In this document: in pieces, positions 48,861 to 64,000 of the stretch
How positions within the stretch are numbered: position 1 is the first letter of the stretch
Layout of the letters: every line of letters starts with the position of its first letter
Source of the DNA: the human T2T-CHM13v2.0 reference genome, Homo sapiens
Reading direction: 5' to 3'
Length of the DNA stretch: 64,000 nucleotides
Assembly: GCA_009914755.4 (NCBI GenBank)
Contig: CP068257.2
Span: forward strand, 12,736,001-12,800,000
Notes under the pieces: generated by a model
What the model was told of the DNA's origin: nothing
Seen by the model: only the letters and a program-made list of their open reading frames with translations
The model's database searches: none
Made by a program: the position numbers and the translations under genes

Positions 48861-51373
48861 TATAGTTTTTATTGTAGAGACCTTTCACCTCCTTGGTCAA
48901 ATTCATTCATCGGTATTTTGTTGGTTTTATAGCTATTGTAAATGGGATTCTGTTCTTGATTTCTTTTTTTAGAAAATTCGTTGTTGGCATATAGAAACAT
49001 TACGGATTTTTGTGTTTATTATGTATACAGCAACTTTACTGAATTTGTTTATTAGTTCCAGTAGTTTTTTGGTTGATTCTATAGGTTTTTTTATAATTAA
49101 GATCATGTCTTCTGCAAACAGAGACAACTTGACTCTCAATTTGACAATTGAGGAGCATGTCATTTAATTTCCATGTAGTTGTACAGTTTCCAAAGTTCCT
49201 AATGTTATTGATATCTAGATTTTTTTCCCTTGTGGTCAGAAAAGATACTTGATATGATTTTGATTTTTAAAAATTTGTGAAGACTTTTTTGTGGTCTAAC
49301 ATATGATCTGTCCTCGAGAATGAGAGTATTTCATTTGCTGTTGATTCTTCTTTTGTTTTTTTCTTCTTCCGTTCATTCTTTTCACCTTTTTAGTTTTCTT
49401 GCCTAATTGCTCTAGCTAAGACTACTAGTACTACATTGAATAGAAGTGGTGAAAACGAACATCCTTGTCTTGTTCCAGAATTTAGAAGTAAAGCTTTTAA
49501 CATGTTTCCAGTCAGTAAGATGTTAGCTCTGGGTCTTTCCATATATGGCCTTATAGTGTTGAGGTACATTCCTTCTGTAACTAATTTGTTTAGGGTTTTT
49601 CTCATAAAGGAATGCTAAATTTTATTGAATGCTTTTTCTTTGTCTATTGGGATGATCATTTGGTTTACTTCCTTCATTCTGTTGATGTGATATATCACAT
49701 TTATTTGATTTTCATACGTTTGAACATTCTTGCATCCCTGAGTTGAATCCTATTTGATCATGGTGAATGATCTTTTCAATGTGCTGTTGGATTCAGTTTG
49801 ATAATATTTTGTTGATGATTTTTAAATTCATTTTCAACAGGAATATTGACCTGTAGTTTTCTTTTTTTTTTCTTGTGTCCTTGTCAGATTTTGGTATCAG
49901 AGTAATAATGGCCTTGGAGGATGAATTTGGAAGAATTCTCTCCAATTTTTCATCATGGTTTGAGAAGAATTGGCATTTGTTCTTTAAATATTGGTAGAAT
50001 TTGGCAATGAAATCATTCAAACCTGGGCTTTTATTTGATGGGAGGCATTTTATTACTAATTCAATTTAGTTACTTGTTATTGGTCTGTTCAGGCTTTCTA
50101 TTTCTTTGTGATTCAATCTCAGTAGTTTGTATGTGTCCAGGAAATTGTCCATTTATGTCAGGTTCTCCAATTTGTTGATGGTTAGTTGTTCATAATTGTC
50201 TCTAATGATCTTCTGAATTTCTGTAGTATTGGTTGTGATGCCTCCTGTTTCATCTCTTATTTTATTTATTCAAGTAGCCTTTTTCCTTAATTGGCATAGC
50301 TAAGGGTTTGTCAATTTTGTTAAAAAAGCAACTACTCATTTTATTGATCTTTTGTATTTTTTTAGTCTCTATTTTGTTTATTTCTGGTCTAATCTTTATT
50401 ATTTCTTTCCTTCTATTTTTGAAGTTAGTTTGTTCTGGCTTTTCTAGTATTTTGAGATGAAACATTATGTTATTTGAAATATTTCTACATTTTGATGTAG
50501 GCATTCATTGCTAAAAACTTTCTTCTTAGAACTGTTTTTGCTGTATCTGATACATTTGTGATATATTGTGTTTCCATTTTCATTTGACTCAAGAATTTTT
50601 TTAATTAAAAATAAAATAAAATGTCTTAATTAAAAAATTTTTAAATTAACACACTAGTTATTGAGGAGCTTGTCATTTAATTTCCATGTAGTTGTACAGT
50701 TTCCAAAGTCCCTAATGTTATTGATATCTAGATTTTTTTCCCTTGTGGTCAGAAAAGATACTTGATATGATTTTGATTTTTAAAAATTTGTGAAGACTTG
50801 TTTTGTGGTCTAACATATGATCCGTCCTCGAGAATGAGAGTATTCCATTTGCTGTTGAGAAGAAGGTGTATTCTGTGGCTGTTGGATGGAACACTCTATA
50901 AATGTCTGTTAGGTCCATTTGGACTAGAGTGTGGTTTAACTGTACTGTTTTCTTGTTCAATTTTTGTCTAGATCACCTGTCCATTGCTGGATTTAGGTTG
51001 TTGAAGTTCACTACAATTATAGTATTACAGTCCTTATCTCCTTTTAGGTCTGTTAACATTTGCTTTATATATTTATTCTTCAACATAAGAAAACATTTTA
51101 TATTGGGTGAATATAAAATTGTTATATCCTCTTGCTGTATTTACCCCTTTATAATTATATTATGGCCTTCATTGTTTCTTTTCACAGTTTTTGTTTAAGG
51201 TCTCTTTTTTTCTGATGTAAGTATAGCTGCTCCCACTTTCTTATGGTTTTCATTTGCATAGAATATCTTTTTTTCTATTCCTTCACTTTCAATCTATGTA
51301 TCCTTACAGGTGAAGTGAGTCTCTTAGGGACAGCATATAATTGGGTATTGTTTTCTTCTCCATTCAGCCCCTC

Positions 51374-51774
51374 TGCTATAGTTTGGATACTTGACCCTCC
51401 AAAAATCATGTTGAAATTTGATCCCTAATGTTAGAGTGGAGCCTACTGGGAGGTGTTTGGGTCATGGAGGTGAAATGCCTTCCCTGGCATTGGGGTGTGT
51501 ATGAGTTCTCATTCTGTGAATTCCCATAAGGGGTGGTTGTTAAAAAGAGCCTGGTACCTCCCCTTTCCCTCACTTTGCTCTTGCTGTGTGATGTCTGCAC
51601 ATGCTAGCTCCCATTTGCCTTCTGCCATGAGTGGAAGCAGTTTGAGGCCCTCATCAGAAGCAGATATCGACCCTATGCTTCTTGTACAGGCTGCAGAACA
51701 GTGAGCCAAATAATCCTCTTTTAAAATTACCTACCCTAAAGTATTGCTTTATAGCAACAAAAACAAACTAAGAC
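51374..51774 (+). mobile_element. ERVL-MaLR solo LTR (MST/MLT-like) nested in the older L1
   Basis: The LTR begins tgctatagtttggatacttgaccctccaaaaatcatgttgaaatttgatccctaatgttagagtggagcctactgggaggtgtttgggtcatggaggtg. It continues cagaacagtgagccaaataatcctcttttaaaattacctaccctaaagtattgctttatagcaacaaaaacaaactaagaca. Confidence 0.75.
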
Positions 51775-54216
51775 ATCTTCTATCTCTGTTAATTGGAGAT
51801 TTACTTTGAATGCAAAGCCAATTTACATTCAAGGGAATTATTGATAGGCAAAGTCTAACTACTGCCACTTTGTTACTTATTTTCTAATTGTTTTGTAGGC
51901 TCCTTTTTTCTTTCTTCCTCTCTTACAGTCTTCTTTTGAGGTTAAGTGATTTTCACTAGTTGTATGTTTTGATTCCTTGCTTTTTTATTTTTAGTGTATC
52001 TTTTATAGGTTTTTGCTTTGTGGTTACTGTGAGGCTTTCAAATGCCAAGCTATAGTTATGGCAAGTTACTTTAAAATGATAACAACTTAACTACAATTGC
52101 AAAGAAAAAAAAGGAATAAAAAAAGCTGTACATTTTAACTACATTCTCATCCCAAATTTTGAATTTTTATTATCATAATTTCAATTTTTATATTGCCTGT
52201 TTCTTAATGAATTATTATAATTATTAATTTTGATAATTTTGTCTTATAGTTTTATACTAAAGATATGTGTTTTCAGAATCATAAGTTATCTATTATTGCA
52301 GTATTTGAATAACAATCATGGTACCATCAATTTCCTTTGGTTTGTAGAACTCTCTGTAGCATTTTTCATAGGACAGGTCTGGTAGCAATAAGTTTCCTCA
52401 GTTTTTGTTTGTCTGGGAATGTCTTTATTTCTCCTTCATTTTTGAAGCTTACTAGGTAAAATATTTTTGGTTGACAGTTGTTTTTATTCAGCATTCTGAA
52501 TATATTATCGTATTATCTTCTGGCCTGCAAGATTTCTGCTGAGAAGTCTTCTGCCTGGCATATTAGATCTCCATTATATGCTATTTGCTTCTTTTTTCTC
52601 ACTGCTTTCAGGAATCTTTTTTTGTTTAGACCTTTGAGAGTTTGATTATAATGTATCTTAGAGTATTCTTATTTGGGTTGAATCTAATTAGTGACCTATG
52701 ATCTTCCTAACCTGAATAATTTTATCCTTCTACAGATTTGGGAAATTTTGTGCTATTATTTCTTTGATTTATCATTCCACCCCTTTGTCTTTCTCATTTT
52801 CCTTTTTAACTTAATTAACCCAAATATTTGCTCTTTTGATGTAGTTCCATAGATCCTATATGCTTTCTGTGTTCCGTTTTGTTTTTTTCTCTTTTATTGT
52901 CTATGTATTTTCAAATATGCTTTCTTTGAGCTTACTGACTCTTTCTTCTGTTTGATCAATTCTGCTGTTCATGGTCTTTATTACATTTTTCATTTTATTC
53001 ATTGTATTTTTGGCTCCAGGATTTCTGTTTGGTGTTTTTATTATTTTAATCTCTCTGTTAAGTTTATGTTAAATTTCTGATTTTTTTGTTTTACTGAATT
53101 TTGCTGAGCTTCCTTAAAACAGCTATTTTGAATTCCTTGCATAAGAGATCGCACATCTCCATCACTGTAGGGTCTGTTATTGGTGTTTTATTTTGTCATT
53201 TTGATGAGGTTACATTTTCCTAAATGGTCTTGTTGCTTATGGATGTGTGATGATATCTGCCCATTGAAGATTGTGTTATGTTTCCTGAGTTCGTAACCAC
53301 TGCAGCTATCTCAACACTAGAGGATGCTCTAAGCCCAGATTTGCCATGAGTCGCATGAGGATGCCAAGGATGTGGTGACTCTGGCAGGGATGAATCCGAG
53401 GAAGGTCCAAGAAGGTACCCAGGCTGTGAGGGAAAGCTAACCAGGAACCAGAAGACGAAGAGATGCCTTCCAGCAGATCCCTACACACGCAGGATAGGTT
53501 TTTGACTGTAGCCTAAATAAGCATGCCTTCCAGCAGATCCACATGCAGGATAGGTTTTTTACTGTAGCGAGAGGAGCTGGAGCTGAGACTGGGTCCCCTT
53601 GGGATCTCCTGTGGAAGGGTGGGAGGTGAGCTCATTTTGTTATCTCAGAGAGGCATGTCTTGAATTTTTGTTAATTGGCTTCCTTTTTACTCTCTCTAGC
53701 CTTTTCTTGTAGAAATCATACTGTATGAATGTTGGGCTCTTGGGAATTTTTCTCTGTCTCTTGATGGTTTATTTTCTGTTTTGAAACTGTATTTATTTTC
53801 TATGTGTTCTGGGAAAATTCTCCCATCTTCTCTTCCAACTCACTGATTTTCTTTTCAGCAGTGGATATTTGGACTATATATTAAGTTTTTTTTTTAATTT
53901 TAGCAAATATACTTTGCTCTTTTTTCATAACCTTCTATGATACTTCCTACATAAAATATCGCCTGCATCACTTTGAGGATAATTATCTTTTCTGGTTACT
54001 TAACTATCAATACCTTTTGTGTGTTTTTTTTTTTCTCAGGGTGTTGCTTTTCATCAAAACTCATCTATGAACTGAGAATTTCTGCTGAACTGTCAGCAGC
54101 CAGCCTCAGAGGAAAGGTGGAATCACCTGCCAAGGGCTTATACTTCATATTGTTTTTAGTTAGAGTAAAGGGATGGGAGTAATGTCTCAGCAACTGGTTT
54201 TCTGACTCTAATTTCT

Positions 54217-57503
<3,287 letters not shown>

Positions 57504-57814
57504 TCATCTGGGTTAACACTATGTTCCTTTGGCCCAAACACAATGTCCAATCCTGGAGACAAAGCCTACTGACATTACAGGGACATGACACACAAGGGTG
57601 TATGGTTGCAGAGTCAGCCAATGTGGATGCTCTCCTTGTAGTAACAAAGTAATCTTGTCAATTGAACCATGTTCTGCATAATAGTGAGAAGATTGCTGTT
57701 AGCATTTAACAATGTATTTAGAACATATTTCTAGGTGTTTTTTTCTGTGACTGCACAATATTCCATTCTATACCTGTATTATGATGTGTGTAATTACTCC
57801 CTGGTAGTTTTCAA

Positions 57815-58112
57815 TTTTTTTTTTTTTCGAGATGGAGTTTCACCCTTTCACCCAGGCTAGAGTGAAGTGACACAATCTCAGCTCACTGCAGCCTCTGCCT
57901 CCTAGGTTCAAGCAATTCTCCTGCCTCTGCTTCCTGAGTAGCTGGGATTATAGGCACCCGCCGCCATGTCTGGCTAATTTTTGTATTTTTTTAGTAGAGA
58001 TGGGGTTTCAGCATTTTGGCAAGGCTGGTCTTCAACTCCTGACCTCTGGTGATCCACCTGCCTTGGGCTCCCAAAGTGCTAGGATTACAGGCGTGAGCCA
58101 CTGCGTCAGGCC
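57815..58112 (-). mobile_element. Alu SINE (full dimer)
   Basis: The element begins tttttttttttttcgagatggagtttcaccctttcacccaggctagagtgaagtgacacaatctcagctcactgcagcc and ends ctgccttgggctcccaaagtgctaggattacaggcgtgagccactgcgtcaggcc. Confidence 0.92.
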
Positions 58113-58119
58113 AAAAAGT

Positions 58120-58244
58120 TTTTTTTAGTAGAGATGGGGTCTCATTGTCTTGTCCAGGCTGATCTTGAAATCACCTCAAGCATGCCTTTCAGTTTGGCCT
58201 CCCAAAGTGCTGGGATTATAGTTCTGAGCCATTGCACCCAGCCC
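58120..58244 (-). mobile_element. free left Alu monomer (FLAM-like) directly abutting the preceding Alu
   Basis: The segment reads ttttttttagtagagatggggtctcattgtcttgtccaggctgatcttgaaatcacctcaagcatgcctttcagtttggcctcccaaagtgctgggattatagttctgagccattgcacccagccc. Confidence 0.75.
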
Positions 58245-58589
58245 CTGGTAAATTTTTAAGTTGTTTCTAGTATTATGCTATTGTAAACAGCAATAGCATA
58301 ATAGATATTTGACTAGATATTCTTGGCATCAGCTTTGTAGAATATATTCTTAGAAGTACAATTGCTGGGTCATAAAGCCTACACATTTTTAAACAATTTG
58401 TACTCCCATCAACAATGTAGGAGAGCATGTTCTTCCACTTTCAAATCAAACCTAACCTTTTTAATTTGCCAAGCTGATACAGGAAAAATGGTATCTGACT
58501 ATTATATTGCCTTATATTGCTTCCATTATAAAAATTTTCTGTTATATTTCTTTCTAGTATGATTACAATTTTGTTGTTTTCACATTTAC

Positions 58590-58887
<298 letters not shown>

Positions 58888-59784
58888 TGTTTTCACATTT
58901 ACATTTTAAGTGATCTGTCATTTATTACGGTACAATTGTGAAACAAGGATCCAACTATTCTTTTTCATTTGACAACTAATTGTCTCAGTACTATTTGTTG
59001 GATAAAATATTCTTTCCCCACTGAAATGAAATGCCAGATTTATCATTTGTACATTCTAATATGTACCTGCATTATTTTATGAGCTTTATTTAGGTCAAGC
59101 GATCTATTTCTCTGTTGTTGTATCTGTACTATACTTTATAGTTAAAACAAAGAAATACATTTAAATTCCTGGAAGGCCACAAACCTCATTATTATTTTCA
59201 AAAATTTTGTAGCTTTTGTGCTCACTGGTCAGATTTCAAAAGGAAAAAAAAAGAGTCAAGCTTCTACTTGGAATACTTTAAAATTTATCTAATAATTGGA
59301 ATGTATCTTACTGGGATTGTATTTTCAATTGGGAAAAGGATATGCCTCTTCCTATTCCTTTCTTGTTAAATTTATACCTAGGTATTATCAAATTTTGTTA
59401 CTAATGTGAATTAGATTTTTCTCTCTTTTTTCCCTTTTGTATGTTACTTTTACTTATAGAGAAAAACTATTGATATTTGTAAATTTTCTTATATACAGCA
59501 ACTTTATAGAACTTATTAGCTCTAAAATTATTTTAGTTATTTATTTTGGATTACAAGGGCATATAATTACATTATCTGCAAATGATAATAGCTTTATCTC
59601 TTCTTTTTCAAAATATAGTCAGTTAGTGAATGCATTTCCAAAATTTGTTTCATGAGCTAAACTCTATATACTATTGGTGACAGTCGTACCTGTCTGGCTC
59701 CTGACTTTATTGGAACGCTTTTAGTATACCACCTTTTAATATTTCCAGTTTCTGATAAATATATTTTTGATGTTTCAGAAATTG

Positions 59785-60099
59785 TCTTTATTATTATTAT
59801 TATTGTTATTATTTTGAGATGGAGTCTTGCTCTGTTGCCCAGGCTGGAGTGCAGTGGCACAATCTCGGCTCACTGCAACCTCTGCCTCCAGGGTTCGAGC
59901 AATTCTCCCTGCCTCAGCCTCCCGAGTAGCTGAGATGACAGACGCCTGTCACCACACCTGGCTAAATTTTTGTATATTTAGTAGAGATGAGGTTCTGCCA
60001 TGTTGGCCAGACTGGTCTTGAACTCCTGACCTCAGGTGATCCACCCACCTCAGCCTCCCAAATTGCTGGGATTACAGGTGTGAGCTACCACTCTTGGGC
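59785..60099 (-). mobile_element. Alu SINE (full dimer) with (TTA)n-rich tail
   Basis: The tail ttattattattattgttattatt is followed by ttgagatggagtcttgctctgttgcccaggctggagtgcagtggcacaatctcggctcactgcaacc. The element ends cacctcagcctcccaaattgctgggattacaggtgtgagctaccactcttgggc. Confidence 0.92.
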
Positions 60100-61857
60100 A
60101 TCTTTTTTATTATATTAGAAACATTTTTTAAAAATATTAGAAATATCTGACACATTTTATGGAGAGGGAGTAGTAGTAATCCTACATCATCTGAGAAAGT
60201 ACATTTGGTCTGATCTGGATTCTTTCTCTGTGTGTCTTCTATTTCTCTTGTCCCATGTGGTCATCAATGGGATGTATGCTATTTACTTTTTTATTTTTTA
60301 TTTTATGTTTATGTCTTTAACCAGAGCGCATAAAGTGTGGAATCTTTCTCAACTGGTTTCCTTTGGAAGACTTGATTTTGTTCAAAATTTCACCAAATCC
60401 TGTCTGTGGACATGTAGTGCTTTCACGCCCTTCTTTCATGTACCTTTTTCCCACCCAGATTTATGTTCTCTTTGGCAACGCTGTTCTCTGTGGTGGCAGC
60501 AAACTCAGTGCAGTGAGGGAGGGGGAAATTTTATATCTTCTTTGTTAGTAATAAATACTTTCTGCCTGTAGTCCAAAATAAGAATAAATTACCCACTGTG
60601 CAGAAACATGGAAGTCATGATATTCTCAATAAAGCACCATTAAACAGTCCCCTGGCAGTCATGGTTTGGGGTGTTACTGTTTACAATACCGTGGGGGTTA
60701 CGTTTCCATTAGATTTTGAATAATTTAGCAATAAAATACAAATTGTTTATTCCATAATGTCTAACTTTATTTTGCACTGTTTACACTTTAGCATTTTACT
60801 AGTGTTGAGGGATGGCATCCAGGATATTTGCATCTTTACTTCTGACATTTATGTAAAAAAAGAAAGAATGGAGGAGACTTTGGGTTATCAAGCAAGTTGG
60901 CAATGTGGATGATTATAGTTATGGCTCTCAAGTTAATTCTTAAAAATTAGACCTTTCCACAATCAAATAAAACTGGATAATTGACATGTCTCTGAGTATT
61001 TTCCGTTCTAACAATATGTGGTACCAGTAAGAACTTTAATGCACGATATTTTATCCTTTGCTTGCTATGTAAGATGTCTCTAAATTTACTATTTACCTTC
61101 CTTTGGCCTTTTACCATGCTAGTTGTTTTATTTTTCTCATAACTAAGATTGCCTCATTCTCACAAACCTCCTTTATTTGGTAAACTTTTAAATTTGGTTG
61201 CCACTCTCTGGATTTCTTTCCATTTCTTGATGTACTTTGATGAAGAAAACTCAAAACCTGAATTCTTATGGCTTTTAAAATGCCAAGTAGGGCAAAAAAA
61301 ATTACCTCCCTTGTTTTTACATGTGATACTGTTATTAACAACTCTTCAACTTAGTGTGTATTTTTTGGGCAAGAATACTTAGTGTTGACTAATCATTTCT
61401 ATTTCCGTTTCTTTCCTTATAATCTTGAGGGCAATGCATAAAAAAAACAGAAAATAAAATTTAAAGCATGCAGCAGAGATGGAGGGGATCACAGGAAGGT
61501 GGTATTTTGGCTTTTCAAAATTAGCTTACCATCTGTGATATTTGCTAGGCAAATAAAGTTTGGGTATTAAATCAACAATATATTGACAATTATATAAAAT
61601 CTGAATGCCACCTTGCATCTACTATACTTTAGTAATGATGTAAATAGTATCACATTAAACATTCTTTTTGCCGATGCTATTATAATTTTACTTAGTTCCT
61701 GTAGTTCTTCAGCTTTTAGTTTTACACTTCCAACTAATCATCTCATTTTATCATTTTACTTTTATTCTAGATACAAGTCCATACTTACTGACCGTAAGTA
61801 TGAATTCAAGGGTATTTCATAGCATTTTACAGATTGTAAAGAGATTTCAGGTACATA

Positions 61858-61978
61858 ATCTCACTTGATCCTACAGCCTTATAGCGTGGCCAGAAAATAA
61901 ATTCTTAGCTCCGCTTTACAGATGGAAATGGAGGCTCAGACGACTTCTCAGGCTGTCTAATGGATTAGCAAATGTGGC
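61858..61978 (-). mobile_element. MIR SINE fragment
   Basis: The segment reads tctcacttgatcctacagccttatagcgtggc, then ccgctttacagatggaaatggaggctcagacgacttctcaggctgtctaatggattagcaaatgtggc. It parallels the reverse complement of MIR (ctcatttaatcctcacaacaaccctatgaggtag..ccccattttacagatgaggaaactgaggcacagagaggttaagtaacttgcccaaggtcacacagctagtaagtggcag). Confidence 0.5.
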
Positions 61979-62582
61979 TAACACATGGATACCCATTAGT
62001 AGAACCTGGGCCAACAAACAGTTCTTTTGACCCCTGGTCTTTGCTTGTTCCAATACACATCTTCACAGAAAAGTTTGGTTATAATTTAGCTCTAGGTTTC
62101 ATCACTGAGGTCAGACTATGCCACAGCATGTTGATGGAAGTACTTAAGAGTAGATGGAATGAAAATGGAAAACATAAGAAGGAAGGAAGAAAGAAAGTAA
62201 GTCGAGGAAGGAGATAAAGAGAGCAGAGTCTCATGCAATTGCCTGTGGGTCAGTGGTACCACTGTCACAGGTCACCAATCCAAATTTAATAATTAAATAT
62301 AACTGAGCCGTTTATTATTTAATGTGTAAAAGATGCCAGTAGGAGGATATATGGGTATCTGTTACTTGTGTAACTAATATTCCCAATTCGTGTGTGTGAT
62401 TTATGTTTGTTATAGTAAGAAAATTAACCAACAAAATCTTTAAGCCCTGGACCTCCGAAATCACATGTATTCCTTTCTCAGGAAGAGGCAGAAGAGCCTC
62501 ACACACTCACCTCACTGCCACTGTGAGAGCTGCTTCCTGTCCTGGGACTAGCCTGGGTGTTGTTCCTCCTGAATTCAACCAA

Positions 62583-62641
62583 TCCTCCCACCTCAGCCTC
62601 CCATAGTGTTGGGATTACAGGCGTGAGCCACTGCACCTAGC
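62583..62641 (-). mobile_element. short Alu 5'-end fragment
   Basis: The fragment reads cctcccacctcagcctcccatagtgttgggattacaggcgtgagccactgcacctagcc. Confidence 0.8.
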
Positions 62642-64000
62642 CAACACATATTTTTGAAACATGGTCTGTGACAGTCACAAAGTATGTAGAAATGAATAGG
62701 TATTTGTTTGAGGGAAGGCAGATGCTTATAATATATTTTGATAAAGGGACATTTAGTTGTATAAATAAGAAATCTTGCTTGGGAGGCCATCATCGCCCTA
62801 ATAGGAGGATTACTCATTTATCCACATTTGGCCTCTCAACCCCTTTCCTATTTTAGAAGGTGGCGTGAGAGTCCATTCTTGGAGTGACAGACAGCCAATG
62901 GCATTAAAGGTATTAAATACTTTACCCTGTTATGTTGTGGACTGGCAGGGGACCACTTTACTAGTTGGTAGGAAAACCCACTAGCACAAAAACTATTTTT
63001 AGTAGCAAATGTGCATTAAATGCTGTCATGCAATTAGACATCCTTGCAGATCAGGGACACAGTTAAGTAGACAGAAAAGTTAGTGGGATAATATTGTGGT
63101 ATTGAACTACACCAGGGATAATAGCATTGATTCACCCCAAAAGGATATTGTAAATAATAACCAATTAATTGTTGCAGAAATTTTGAAAGTAAATCAATGA
63201 AAATCAGGGAGACAGATTGGGCAAGTCAATGATTTTGTTCAGTTTTTTCGAAAATCCTCCTGAGTCCTCTGTGGTCAGGGTTAATGACATATTTGCAGTT
63301 CTGCCTATTAGAGGCCTTGAGAAATTTTATCTTGTTGTTGTGACCTGAGTGCAGACTCTTCTGAAGTACCTATGCTTTCTTCTTTGCTCATTACTGAAAC
63401 CTGAAAACAACAAGGCTGACAGTAGAAAAACACCTCTAGAAACCTCAGGGGAAAAATTATCCTTCAGTGTTTATTTTGCCTGAGGAAACAACCAGAAGTC
63501 TCTGATGATGAAGTGAAGGTCCATCATTTTGGAAAAGTGTCCAGGAAAGATGTGTTTTTCTGTCTCCTGCATTGCAGTCTTGCCATTCGCCTTTTCCTTT
63601 TCTCAAAATGCAAATAGCATGCATTGGCTTCTCTGACCCTCCGTCTTTCCTGTCATTCCTACAGTTATGTTGAGAAAATGACATCTTTACACAAGGTCAA
63701 GTATTTGCCATGTTAGAAACAATATTTTTTCCCAAGAATTCTGTTTTCAAGATACACAGGTAAGAAGTTAGTTTACTTAAATCCTTCAATCAACTTTTAT
63801 TTATTTGAACCATAAATAATGTACCCACTTTATAGAAATTTTGGATGAGTTACATGGAGGTTAGCGTTTAATGAAAGTTTTATCCTTCTTTACTCTGTCA
63901 TCTCTTTGAGTCCCTGGTGGTGTTCAATAGCCTAAGCATTCCTCCTGCTTGAGGTTGTTTTTAAGATATGGTAAAGTTATGAGGCAGTCATTGCAAACAG

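Larger units (their letters stand above)
47225..54150 (-). mobile_element. near full-length older L1 (L1PB-like), reverse complement, covering 3'UTR, ORF2, ORF1 and 5' region. A FLAM piece and a MaLR LTR are nested inside. It also carries an internal ~190-bp segmental duplication.
   Basis: The 3' end reads ttttaaattgacaggtaataattgtacatattaatggggtacagagtgatgttttgatacatgtatacattatgtaatgagcaaaccagg. Minus ORFs translate ORF2 in collinear order. ORF 48969..49163 gives ..[44 protein letters not shown] 49390..49605 gives RT (..[27 protein letters not shown]). ORF 49793..50020 gives ..AIITLIPKSDKDTRKKKENYRSIFLLKMNLKIINKILSN. ORF 50262..50504 gives ..[37 protein letters not shown] 50718..50960 gives EN C-terminus (..IYRVFHPTATEYTFFSTANGILSFSRTDHMLDHKTSLHKFLKIKIISSIFSDHKG). 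ORF1 and 5' sequences run from 51776 to about 54150. Confidence 0.85.

Noticed and set aside
60230-60571. 113-aa ORF on the plus strand in unique sequence
   Set aside because: The translation is low-complexity, AT-rich and hydrophobic, with no start or stop context of a real exon and no recognisable similarity. It is most likely random.

Overview
This window is not prokaryotic. It reads as AT-rich primate nuclear DNA, most likely human or hominid, and most of it is interspersed repeats. Read by eye, it contains: (1) nine Alu SINEs (three with exact target-site duplications), four free-left-monomer (FLAM-like) pieces and one short Alu fragment, recognisable from the Alu consensus ggccgggcgcggtggctcacgcctgtaatcccagcactttgggaggc and its reverse complement; (2) three MIR SINEs; (3) at least seven L1 LINE copies or fragments of several ages. 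These include an ~8-kb full-length older L1 on +, an ~6.5-kb older L1 on -, and a 3.2-kb L1PA-type copy with an exact 16-bp TSD; (4) several ERVL-MaLR solo LTRs (MLT1, MST and THE1-like); (5) two Tc1/mariner-type DNA-transposon relics; (6) many microsatellites and homopolymer runs. I found no convincing host protein-coding gene, rRNA, tRNA, CRISPR array or any bacterial-style operon or defence system. The supplied six-frame ORFs are short, overlap on both strands, and mostly translate repeat DNA (Alu, L1 ORF2 remnants, GT/GA microsatellites). They should not be treated as genes. The observations worth a second look are about transposon biology. They include TSD-flanked insertions that may be young or polymorphic, a likely L1 3' transduction, an L1 twin-priming inversion, nested insertions, tandem-monomer L1 5'UTRs, an in-frame 33-bp triplication inside an L1 ORF1, and an internal L1 segmental duplication. 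All coordinates come from manual reading and are approximate (+/-10-30 bp), except where TSDs were located base by base.
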